From assembly GCA_013823635.1 (NCBI GenBank), contig PNML01000005.1, forward strand, positions 1,742 to 65,741: 64,000 nt of DNA, given 5' to 3'. The position numbers and the translations under genes were made by a program. Of the stretch, positions 53,754 through 61,569 are shown piece after piece. This DNA is from Polaromonas sp. (GTDB taxonomy: Bacteria; Pseudomonadota; Gammaproteobacteria; Burkholderiales; Burkholderiaceae_C). How positions within the stretch are numbered: position 1 is the first letter of the stretch; each line of letters opens with the position of its first letter. The notes beneath the pieces were generated by a model. That model saw only the letters and a list, made by a program, of their open reading frames with translations, was not told where the DNA came from and ran no database searches.

Positions 53754-54178
53754 GCGGCGTGCGCTCCCACGTCGAAGCGGTTGGGCGTTTCACCGCTGGC
53801 CGCGTGCTGGCGCCAACGTTGCCGGGCATTGACCCGATCGTTTTCCTCGGTGGACACCACCTCGATCACACGCTCGAAGCGCTCGTGGCCCGAGGGCGTT
53901 TGACTCAGCAGGTTCACCAGCACCTGGTTGGGTTCATCGCCCTCCAGGTGGGTGCAGAGCCAAACGGGTGAACGCTGGCGCACCTGTGGTTTGGCCCCCA
54001 CGCCGGCGTGCGGGATGAAGGACAGCGCCCCCAATGTCCAGAGCTGGCGGTCGATGTGATTCAACTGCTCAGCCTCGGCGCACACGACGAGGCGCGCGCC
54101 CTTGCCCAAGGCTTTGCGGACGAGCCGACATGTGTACCCCAGTGGGTCCGCGACGTTGAAATGAAAGTCCACCTGCAC
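53750..54178 (-). CDS. holC: DNA polymerase III chi subunit
   Basis: GTG 54178, 10 nt after the pepA stop, gives VQVDFHFNVADPLGYTCRLVRKA. 142 aa. The conserved pepA-holC arrangement supports the call. Confidence 0.75.
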   Translation of the reverse strand: MQVDFHFNVADPLGYTCRLVRKALGKGARLVVCAEAEQLNHIDRQLWTLGALSFIPHAGVGAKPQVRQRSPVWLCTHLEGDEPNQVLVNLLSQTPSGHERFERVIEVVSTEENDRVNARQRWRQHAASGETPNRFDVGAHAA

Positions 54179-54188
54179 GCGGGTGCCC

Positions 54189-55706
54189 TCAAGCTTTGGC
54201 GCGGCGCGACTTGCCACGGGTGGGTTTGACCGTGGGCGCGTTGGCGGCAGCAGCGGCCTGCCCCAGGATGAAATCGACCAACAGGCCCACGGGTCGACCG
54301 GTGGCACCTTTGGCCGTGCCGCTCTTCCAGGCGGTGCCGGCAATGTCCAGGTGCGCCCAACGCATCTCGGCAGAGAATTTCTGCAAAAACTTGGCGGCGG
54401 AAATGGCGCCACCCGCACGGCCGGCGACGTTGGCCATGTCGGCAAAGCTGGACTTGAGGCCTTCCGCGTACTCATCGTCCAGGGGCATGCGCCAGCACAG
54501 GTCAAGCGCAGACTCGCCCGCCTGGATCAGGTCGGTCGCCAGATCGTCGTGGGCCGAGAACAGGCCGCTGCGCACGCTGCCCAGGGAAATGACACACGCC
54601 CCCGTGAGCGTGGCCACGTCGATGGTGCAGGCGGGTTTGAATCGGGTCGCGTAGGTGAGCGCATCACACAAAATGAGGCGCCCCTCGGCGTCGGTGTTCA
54701 GAATTTCGATGGTCTGCCCACTCATGCTGGTGACGACGTCACCGGGCTTGATGGCCCGGCCATCGGGCATGTTTTCGCACGAGGGGATGATGCCCACCAC
54801 GTTCACCGCGGGCTGCAGCTCGGCAATGGCGCGCAGGGTGCCGAGCACACTGGCTGCGCCACCCATGTCGTACTTCATTTCGTCCATTTCGGGTGCAGGC
54901 TTGATGGAGATGCCACCCGTGTCGAAGGTGATGCCTTTGCCCACCAGCACCACCGGCGCCTGTGATTTGGCCGCGCCGTTGTAGCGGATGACGATGAACC
55001 GCAGGGGTTCGGCAGAGCCTTGCGCCACCGCCATGAAGGCGCCCATGCCCAGCTTGGCCACCTCTTTGGGGCCCAGCACGTCCACGGCCACGTGGTCAAG
55101 CTTGCCCAGTTTTTCGGCAGCCTCGGCCAGCAGCGTGGGCGTGGCGTGGTTGCCGGGGCGGTTGGCCCACTCTTTGGCCAATTCAATGCCTTTGACCACG
55201 GCACAGGCCTGCGCAAACTGCTGCCGGGCATCGCCTGAGTCCGTGGCGGCCAGGGTGAGCTTGGACAGCGCACGGGGCTTGGGTTTGGACAGCGTGGTGG
55301 TGTAGGCGTATGTGGCCTCGGCAGCCGCCACCAGTGCGGCCCGCAACGCACCCGGACAGGGTGTCACCCAGCCGGTGAACATCGCCACCTTGTGCACGCT
55401 GGCCTGACGCAGTGTGGCAAACGCGGCCAGCATGGCCTTGCGCATGGCCGATGCGGATCCGTCACCCACACGCACCAGCACCAGTCGGGTGGCCACACAC
55501 TGCGCCCCCATGTGGGTGGTGATCAACTTGCCCACACCCGCCTCCAAATCGCCCGAGGCCGACACCTTTTGCACCCACTGAAGCAGGTGAGCGCCTGCAG
55601 ATCCGGCGGGCAAGGTCAGCATCTCGTCGGGGAGGGCCAGCACCAGCGCGTCTGTCTTGAGGGAAGCGGCCTGGTCGAGGGTGAGGGTTTTGAATTCAAA
55701 GTCCAT
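54189..55706 (-). CDS. pepA: leucyl aminopeptidase (M17)
   Basis: M17 signature NTDAEGRLILCDAL. The start is ATG 55706 (MDFEFKTLTLDQ). Confidence 0.9.
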   Translation of the reverse strand: MDFEFKTLTLDQAASLKTDALVLALPDEMLTLPAGSAGAHLLQWVQKVSASGDLEAGVGKLITTHMGAQCVATRLVLVRVGDGSASAMRKAMLAAFATLRQASVHKVAMFTGWVTPCPGALRAALVAAAEATYAYTTTLSKPKPRALSKLTLAATDSGDARQQFAQACAVVKGIELAKEWANRPGNHATPTLLAEAAEKLGKLDHVAVDVLGPKEVAKLGMGAFMAVAQGSAEPLRFIVIRYNGAAKSQAPVVLVGKGITFDTGGISIKPAPEMDEMKYDMGGAASVLGTLRAIAELQPAVNVVGIIPSCENMPDGRAIKPGDVVTSMSGQTIEILNTDAEGRLILCDALTYATRFKPACTIDVATLTGACVISLGSVRSGLFSAHDDLATDLIQAGESALDLCWRMPLDDEYAEGLKSSFADMANVAGRAGGAISAAKFLQKFSAEMRWAHLDIAGTAWKSGTAKGATGRPVGLLVDFILGQAAAAANAPTVKPTRGKSRRAKA

Positions 55707-55728
55707 AATTGCGGTTTCCTGTGCTGCC

Positions 55729-56832
55729 ATGTTATTCCATTCTTCCATTCGTCGAGAGCTGGCCCGCAGCTTTGGTGGCACCTTGCTGGTGCTGTTCACC
55801 ATCGTGGTCACCATCATGCTCATCCGCACCCTCAGCCTGGCCACATCGGGCAGCGTGGACCCCAAAGAAGTCATGCTGGTGCTCGGCTACACCGTGCTGG
55901 GGCGCTTGCACATCATCCTGACCATGGCCTTGTTCATTGCCGTGGTGTCGGTGCTGTCGCGCATGCACAGCGACAGCGAAATGGTCATCTGGATGGGCGC
56001 CGGACGTGGCCTGGCGGGCATGACCGGCCCGGTGCTCCGCTTTGCGTGGCCGGTGCTGCTGGCCATGGCGCTGCTGGTGCTGCTGGCGTGGCCATGGGCC
56101 AACCGCCAGACCGCCGAGTTGCGTGACCGTTTTGCCCAGCGGGGTGACCTGCAACGCGTGCAGCCGGGCCAATTCCAGGCCGATGCACAGGGACGGCGCG
56201 TGTTTTTCATCGACAAAGACACCGCAGAGGGCACCCAGGGACGCAATGTGTTCATCTCCAGCCGCGATGAGCGCGGCGAAAGCACCATTTCCGCCCGGGC
56301 GGCCACCGTGCAGGCAGGGAGCAACGGCCAGTTCCTGCGACTGGAAACCGGTCAGCGGCTGGAGGTGTCGGCAGACCTGCAAAGCCTGCGGGTGAGTGAA
56401 TTTGAAGAGCATCTGGTGCGCATCAGTGAAAAAACCTTCATTTTGGGGGACGACCTGGGCATGAAGACCCGCAGCACCTGGCGACTGTGGACCGACGGCA
56501 GCCCACAGGCCAAGGGTGAGCTCGCCTGGCGTGTGGGCCTGTTGCTGAGTGCGTTCAACCTGCTGCTGTTGGGGCTGGCCATTGCATCGGCCAACCCACG
56601 GGCCGGCCGCAGTGGCAACGTGGCGTTTGCGCTGTTTGCGTTCCTGCTGTACTACAACCTGCTCAACATGGGCGAAAGCTGGGTGTCTCGCGGACGGGTA
56701 TCGGCCGTGGCCTGGACGCTCATGCTGCACGGCACCGTGTTCCTGGGTGCGCTGGCCTGGCTGTACAAGCGCCATGAAAACATCAGCTTCGCCTCCTGGT
56801 GGCGCGGCTGGACCAGGCGGGCCGCCACATGA
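55729..56832 (+). CDS. lptF: LPS export ABC permease LptF
   Basis: YjgP/YjgQ family (MLFHSSIRRELARSFGGTLLVLFTIV). It is divergent from pepA, as in E. coli. Confidence 0.85.
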   Translation: MLFHSSIRRELARSFGGTLLVLFTIVVTIMLIRTLSLATSGSVDPKEVMLVLGYTVLGRLHIILTMALFIAVVSVLSRMHSDSEMVIWMGAGRGLAGMTGPVLRFAWPVLLAMALLVLLAWPWANRQTAELRDRFAQRGDLQRVQPGQFQADAQGRRVFFIDKDTAEGTQGRNVFISSRDERGESTISARAATVQAGSNGQFLRLETGQRLEVSADLQSLRVSEFEEHLVRISEKTFILGDDLGMKTRSTWRLWTDGSPQAKGELAWRVGLLLSAFNLLLLGLAIASANPRAGRSGNVAFALFAFLLYYNLLNMGESWVSRGRVSAVAWTLMLHGTVFLGALAWLYKRHENISFASWWRGWTRRAAT

Positions 56833-57947
56833 AGGTCTTGCGCCGATTTGTCTACCAGGAGATGCTGCTGGCCGTGTCCACGGTCACGGTGGCGTTTCTG
56901 GGCCTGTTTTTCTTCTTCGACTTCATCGATGAGCTGGGCGCCATTGGCCGCCCCTCACCCGCCGACCCCAAGTTGTTGTACGAGCTGAGGCACGCCCTGC
57001 TGTACGTGGCTTTGCAAGTGCCCAACCATGTGTACGAGGTATTGCCCATTGCGGTGCTCATTGGCGCGGTGTTTGTGTTTGCCCGGTTGGCACAGGGGTC
57101 CGAGTACACCATTTTGCGCACCAGTGGCCTGGGGCCCTGGCGCGCCCTGCGCCTGTTGATGGGGCTGGGCGTGGCGCTGGTGGCCCTGACGCTGGTGGCG
57201 GGTGACTACGTGGCCCCCGCCGCGGGCAAGGCCGCCCAGTTGCTCAAGGCCAGGTTTGACGGGCGCGTCAGCATGGGGCCCACGGGGGCCTGGTTGAAAG
57301 AACGCCCGCAGGGGCGCGAGGTGTCGGTCAACGTGGCCGCCTTGTCGGGCAGCGGAGAGTTGCGGGGTGTCCGCATTTTTGAATACGACCACCTCGGTCG
57401 CTTGGTCGCGCGCACCCAGGCCGACCTGGGCAACATCGAAAGCGACGGCAACTGGCAACTGCAACAGGTGGTGCGCACCGAGTTCCACGCCCAGGGCACC
57501 CAGGCACCCCGGGTGAACACCCAGCACCTCGACACACTGAGCTGGCCCAGCAGCCTGACGGCGGAAATGGTGTCGGTGGCGCTGTTGCGTCCTGACCGCA
57601 TGTCCACCCTGGCGCTGTACGGCTACATCGAACACCTGCAGGCCACCGGGCAAAACTCGCAACTTTACGAGCTGGAGTTCTGGCGCAAGGTGTTTTACCC
57701 ACTGAGCTGCCTGGTCATGCTGGTGCTGGCCCTGCCGTTCGCTTACCTGCACTTCCGTTCGGGCAGCATCACGGCTTATGTGTTTGGCGGCGTCATGGTG
57801 GGCATCAGCTTTTTCTTGCTCAACAACGTGTTTGGCTACATTGGTCGGCTCAACGACTGGCTGCCCTGGGCCGCCGCTGCGGCCCCGTCGCTCATTTACT
57901 CGGTGGTGTCGCTCACCGCTTTTGGCTGGCTGGTGCTGCGCCGATGA
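56829..57947 (+). CDS. lptG: LPS export ABC permease LptG
   Basis: MKVLRRFVYQEMLLAV. Its start overlaps the lptF stop by 4 nt. Confidence 0.85.
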   Translation: MKVLRRFVYQEMLLAVSTVTVAFLGLFFFFDFIDELGAIGRPSPADPKLLYELRHALLYVALQVPNHVYEVLPIAVLIGAVFVFARLAQGSEYTILRTSGLGPWRALRLLMGLGVALVALTLVAGDYVAPAAGKAAQLLKARFDGRVSMGPTGAWLKERPQGREVSVNVAALSGSGELRGVRIFEYDHLGRLVARTQADLGNIESDGNWQLQQVVRTEFHAQGTQAPRVNTQHLDTLSWPSSLTAEMVSVALLRPDRMSTLALYGYIEHLQATGQNSQLYELEFWRKVFYPLSCLVMLVLALPFAYLHFRSGSITAYVFGGVMVGISFFLLNNVFGYIGRLNDWLPWAAAAAPSLIYSVVSLTAFGWLVLRR

Positions 57948-58348
57948 GCGCCCTCCACACTCGCCCTACCCTCCCCATCAGGACCAACGCCATGCAAGGT
58001 GTGATTTTGTTTGCCCATGGCTCGCGCGACCCGTTGTGGCGTGGCCCCATCGAGGCCGTGGCCCAGCAGGTGCTGGCGCTGTCGCCCCACACCCCCGTGG
58101 CCTGCGCCTACCTGGAGCTGTGCGCCCCCGACCTGCCCACCGCCGTGCAAACCCTGGTGGACCAGGGGGTCAGCCGCATCAACGTGTTGCCCGTGTTCTT
58201 TGGCATGGGCAAACATGCCCGTGAAGATTTGCCCGCCCTGTTGCAAAACCTCCAACAGCAGCACCCGGAAGTCCAGTTCAAGGCCCTGGCCGCGGCGGGG
58301 GAAAGCCCCGCCATCACCACCCTGCTGGCACAACTGGCGCTGGCCTGA
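57944..58348 (+). CDS. cbiX: CbiX/SirB-type sirohydrochlorin chelatase (small form)
   Basis: ILFAHGSRDPLWRGPIE...VLPVFFGMGKHAREDLP. The ATG at 57944 overlaps the lptG stop; ATG 57992 is an alternative start. Confidence 0.65.
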   Translation: MSALHTRPTLPIRTNAMQGVILFAHGSRDPLWRGPIEAVAQQVLALSPHTPVACAYLELCAPDLPTAVQTLVDQGVSRINVLPVFFGMGKHAREDLPALLQNLQQQHPEVQFKALAAAGESPAITTLLAQLALA

Positions 58349-58387
58349 GCACCACACCCAGCCCCACACCCTCAGCGCACCCCCACC

Positions 58388-59332
58388 ATGAACCTGCACC
58401 AGTTCCGCTTTGTTCAAGAGGCCGTGCGCCGCAACCTCAACCTGACCGAAGCCGCCAAGGCCTTGCACACCTCGCAGCCGGGGGTGTCCAAATCCATCAT
58501 TGAGTTGGAAGACGAGTTGGGCATCCAGATTTTTGCCCGCCACGGCAAGCGCATCCGCCGCGTGACCGAACCGGGTCAGCATGTGCTGAAAAGCATCGAC
58601 ATCATCCTGCGCGAGGTCAACAACCTGCGCCGCATCGGCCAGCAGTTTTCGGCCCAGGACAGCGGCACCCTGTCCATCGCCACCACCCACACCCAGGCGC
58701 GCTACGTGTTGCCCGTTCCGGTGGCCAAGCTGCGCCAGACCTACCCCAAGGTGGCCATCAGCCTTCACCAGGGCTCGCCCGACCAGGTGGCGCAGATGTT
58801 GCTGACCGATGTGGCCGACATCGGCATGGCCACCGAGTCGCTGTCGCAGTACGACGAGCTCATCACCCTGCCCTGCTACGAATGGCAACACGTGCTGGTG
58901 TTGCCGGTGAGCCATGCGCTGGTGGACAAGGAGCGCATTGGCCTGGAGGACCTGGCTGACCTGCCGCTGGTCACCTACCACCCCTCGTTCACCGGGCGCA
59001 CCCGCATCGACAACGCGTTTGCCGCACGCGAACTCCAGCCCAACATCGTGCTCGAAGCCATCGACTCGGATGTCATCAAAACCTACGTGAAGCTGGGCAT
59101 GGGCGTGGGCATCGTGGCCGAAATGGCGCTGCAAAACGACAGCCGTGACCCCGACCTGGTGGCCCGCCCGCTGGGCCACCTGCTGGGCACGAATGTGGCC
59201 CGCGTGGCCTTCAAGCGCGGCGCCTATTTGCGCAACTACGTGTTGAAATTTGCTGAACTGCTGAGTGACCGCCTCAGCAAAGACCTGATCCTGAAGGCCA
59301 TGGAAGGCCACGGCAACAGCTACCAACTGTGA
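58388..59332 (+). CDS. cysB: LysR-family regulator CysB/Cbl
   Basis: MNLHQFRFVQEAVRRNLNLTEAAKALHTSQPGVSKSIIELEDELG is nearly the canonical CysB HTH. 314 aa. Confidence 0.85.
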   Translation: MNLHQFRFVQEAVRRNLNLTEAAKALHTSQPGVSKSIIELEDELGIQIFARHGKRIRRVTEPGQHVLKSIDIILREVNNLRRIGQQFSAQDSGTLSIATTHTQARYVLPVPVAKLRQTYPKVAISLHQGSPDQVAQMLLTDVADIGMATESLSQYDELITLPCYEWQHVLVLPVSHALVDKERIGLEDLADLPLVTYHPSFTGRTRIDNAFAARELQPNIVLEAIDSDVIKTYVKLGMGVGIVAEMALQNDSRDPDLVARPLGHLLGTNVARVAFKRGAYLRNYVLKFAELLSDRLSKDLILKAMEGHGNSYQL

Positions 59333-59392
59333 CAGCCAACGCCCGGTGCCAACCGGTGGCGGGAACACCCGCTGGTCGAAAACTCAAATTAG

Positions 59393-59443
59393 ATAGCTGA
59401 CTGTTGTTTAAAATAAAGCGCTGCAAGCGTTTTTTATTCATTT
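59393..59443 (+). repeat. AT-rich 51-nt dispersed repeat, copy E (cysB/ybdL spacer)
   Basis: ATAGCTGAC tgttgtttaaaata AAGCGCTG caagcgt TTTTTATTCATTT. Confidence 0.85.
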
Positions 59444-59459
59444 TTTCATTGAAGCCACG

Positions 59460-60632
59460 ATGAACCCGCCCGCCACCCCCGCCCTGACCAGCCGCCTGCC
59501 CCAGGTCGGCACCACCATCTTCAGCGTGATGTCGGCGCTGGCCGTGCAGCACCAGGCCGTCAACCTGGGTCAGGGCTTCCCCGACTTTGACTGTGACCCC
59601 CGGCTGGTCGATGCCGTGACCGCCGCCATGCGCGCCGGGCACAACCAGTACCCGCCCATGCCCGGCGTGCCCGCGCTGCGCCAGGCCGTGGCCGACAAAA
59701 TCGAGCGCCTGTATGGTCACCGCTACAACCCCGACACCGACATCACCGTCACCGCCGGGGCCACCCAGGCCATCCTGACGGCCATCCTCGCCATCGTCCA
59801 CCCGGGCGACGAGGTCATCGTGCTGGAGCCGTGCTACGACAGCTACGTGCCCAACATTGAACTGGCCGGTGGTGTGGCCGTGCGCGTGCCCCTCACCCCC
59901 GGCACCTTCCGGCCCGACTTTGACCTGATTGCCGCGGCCATCACCCCGCGCACCCGCGCCATCATCACCAACAGCCCGCACAACCCCAGCGCCACCATCT
60001 GGCGCCACGCCGACATGCTGCGCCTGCAAGAGCTGCTGGCCCCCACCAACGTGCTGCTCATTTCGGACGAGGTGTACGAGCACATGGTGTACGCGCCCAA
60101 CCGCCACCTGAGCGCGTCCAGCTACCCCGGCCTGGCGGCACGGGCGTTCGTGGTCAGCAGCTTTGGCAAAACCTTCCACGTCACCGGCTGGAAAGTGGGC
60201 ACCGTGGCCGCCCCCGCGCCGCTGATGGCCGAGTTCCGCAAGGTGCACCAGTTCAATGTGTTCACCGTCAACACACCCATGCAGCACGGCCTGGCCCGCC
60301 ACCTGGCCGACCCCGCGCCCTACCTGGACCTGCCCGCCTTCTACGCCGCCAAGCGCGACCTGTTCCGCCAGGGGCTGGCGCCAACCCGCTTTCAGTTGCT
60401 GCCCAGCGAAGGCAGCTACTTCCAATGCGTGGGCATTGCCGACCTGTCCGTGCCCGAGCGCGACCTGCCAGAAGCCGAGTTTTGCCAGTGGCTGACGCGC
60501 GAAGTGGGCGTGGCCGCCATTCCCCTGTCGGCCTTTTACGGCAACGGGTTTGACCAGAAAGTGGTTCGCTTTTGCTTTGCCAAGCAAGACGACACGCTGC
60601 GCGCGGCGCTGGGGCGGCTGGCGCGGTTGTGA
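59460..60632 (+). CDS. ybdL: PLP-dependent aminotransferase, YbdL (methionine aminotransferase) type
   Basis: LPQVGTTIFSVMSALAVQHQAVNLGQGFPDFD closely parallels the E. coli YbdL N-terminus. The SFGKTF context holds the PLP lysine. Confidence 0.8.
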   Translation: MNPPATPALTSRLPQVGTTIFSVMSALAVQHQAVNLGQGFPDFDCDPRLVDAVTAAMRAGHNQYPPMPGVPALRQAVADKIERLYGHRYNPDTDITVTAGATQAILTAILAIVHPGDEVIVLEPCYDSYVPNIELAGGVAVRVPLTPGTFRPDFDLIAAAITPRTRAIITNSPHNPSATIWRHADMLRLQELLAPTNVLLISDEVYEHMVYAPNRHLSASSYPGLAARAFVVSSFGKTFHVTGWKVGTVAAPAPLMAEFRKVHQFNVFTVNTPMQHGLARHLADPAPYLDLPAFYAAKRDLFRQGLAPTRFQLLPSEGSYFQCVGIADLSVPERDLPEAEFCQWLTREVGVAAIPLSAFYGNGFDQKVVRFCFAKQDDTLRAALGRLARL

Positions 60633-60641
60633 ACCAACCCC

Positions 60642-61334
60642 TCACCAGGGAATGGGTTGGCCCGCGTGGTCCACAAACTGCGCCCGCCCGGTGGGCTCCA
60701 GACCGTCCAGCGCGGCGAGCAGGCCCGTGACCGCATCGGCGGCTGAGGCAGCGGCATCGCCCACAAAGGGGCGGCTCAAGGCCGAGGCAACGGTGCCGGG
60801 TTGCAGCGCCGCCACGACCATTTCGGGTCTTTGCCGCGCCCACTCGATGGCGGCGGTCTGCAGCCCTTGGTTCAGGGCCGCCTTGGCCATGCGGTAGCCG
60901 TACCAGCCGCCCTTGCGGTTGTCCTCGATGCTGCCAACACGGGCGGACAGCTTGGCCCACACCACCCGTTCCCCTCGGGGGAGCAAAGGGCTGAGGTGAC
61001 GCATCAACAGCAAAGGCCCCACGGCATTGACCTGCAGGCAGCTGGCGAGCGCATCACCGTCCAAATCGGCCAGGCGCTTTTCCGGGCCGCGTCCGTCGAT
61101 GGTCAGCGCACCGGTGGCATCCACCACCAGTTGGAACGGCCCTTGCAGCGCCCCACCCAGTGCGGCCATGCGCGCTGGCGAACGCAGGTCCCAAGGCAAC
61201 GGGTGGTGGCGCGACACGGCCACCACCTCGGCGCAACGGGGGTCGCTTTGCAAGGCCTGGACAAAGGCCAGGCCGATGGCACCGGTGGACCCGATGACCA
61301 GGGCACGGTAACCGTGGCGCAGGCGTTGGGTCAT
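60642..61334 (-). CDS. SDR-family oxidoreductase (C-factor-like)
   Basis: ALVIGSTGAIGLAF Rossmann motif and the YRMAKAAL catalytic Y/K. The start is ATG 61334 (alternative GTG 61343). Confidence 0.7.
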   Translation of the reverse strand: MTQRLRHGYRALVIGSTGAIGLAFVQALQSDPRCAEVVAVSRHHPLPWDLRSPARMAALGGALQGPFQLVVDATGALTIDGRGPEKRLADLDGDALASCLQVNAVGPLLLMRHLSPLLPRGERVVWAKLSARVGSIEDNRKGGWYGYRMAKAALNQGLQTAAIEWARQRPEMVVAALQPGTVASALSRPFVGDAAASAADAVTGLLAALDGLEPTGRAQFVDHAGQPIPW

Positions 61335-61569
61335 CGCTGGCACGCTGCTGTTGGTCCCTTGGGGCTGTTGCCGGTGGCGGCGGGCAACGTCGGGGTGGAT
61401 TGCTCGACCTGGCAGCGGCTCGCGCCGCCATCACCGCACAGGTTCAGATTGGGTGGGCTGCTGGGCATGTGGCCGATGGTGCCCTGCCGCGGCCGCCGCG
61501 GTCACGCCAACCGACCAATCCCCTGCGCTTGGGCTGGAATTGGACCCGTCGGTGGTCGCCCACCCCCGT

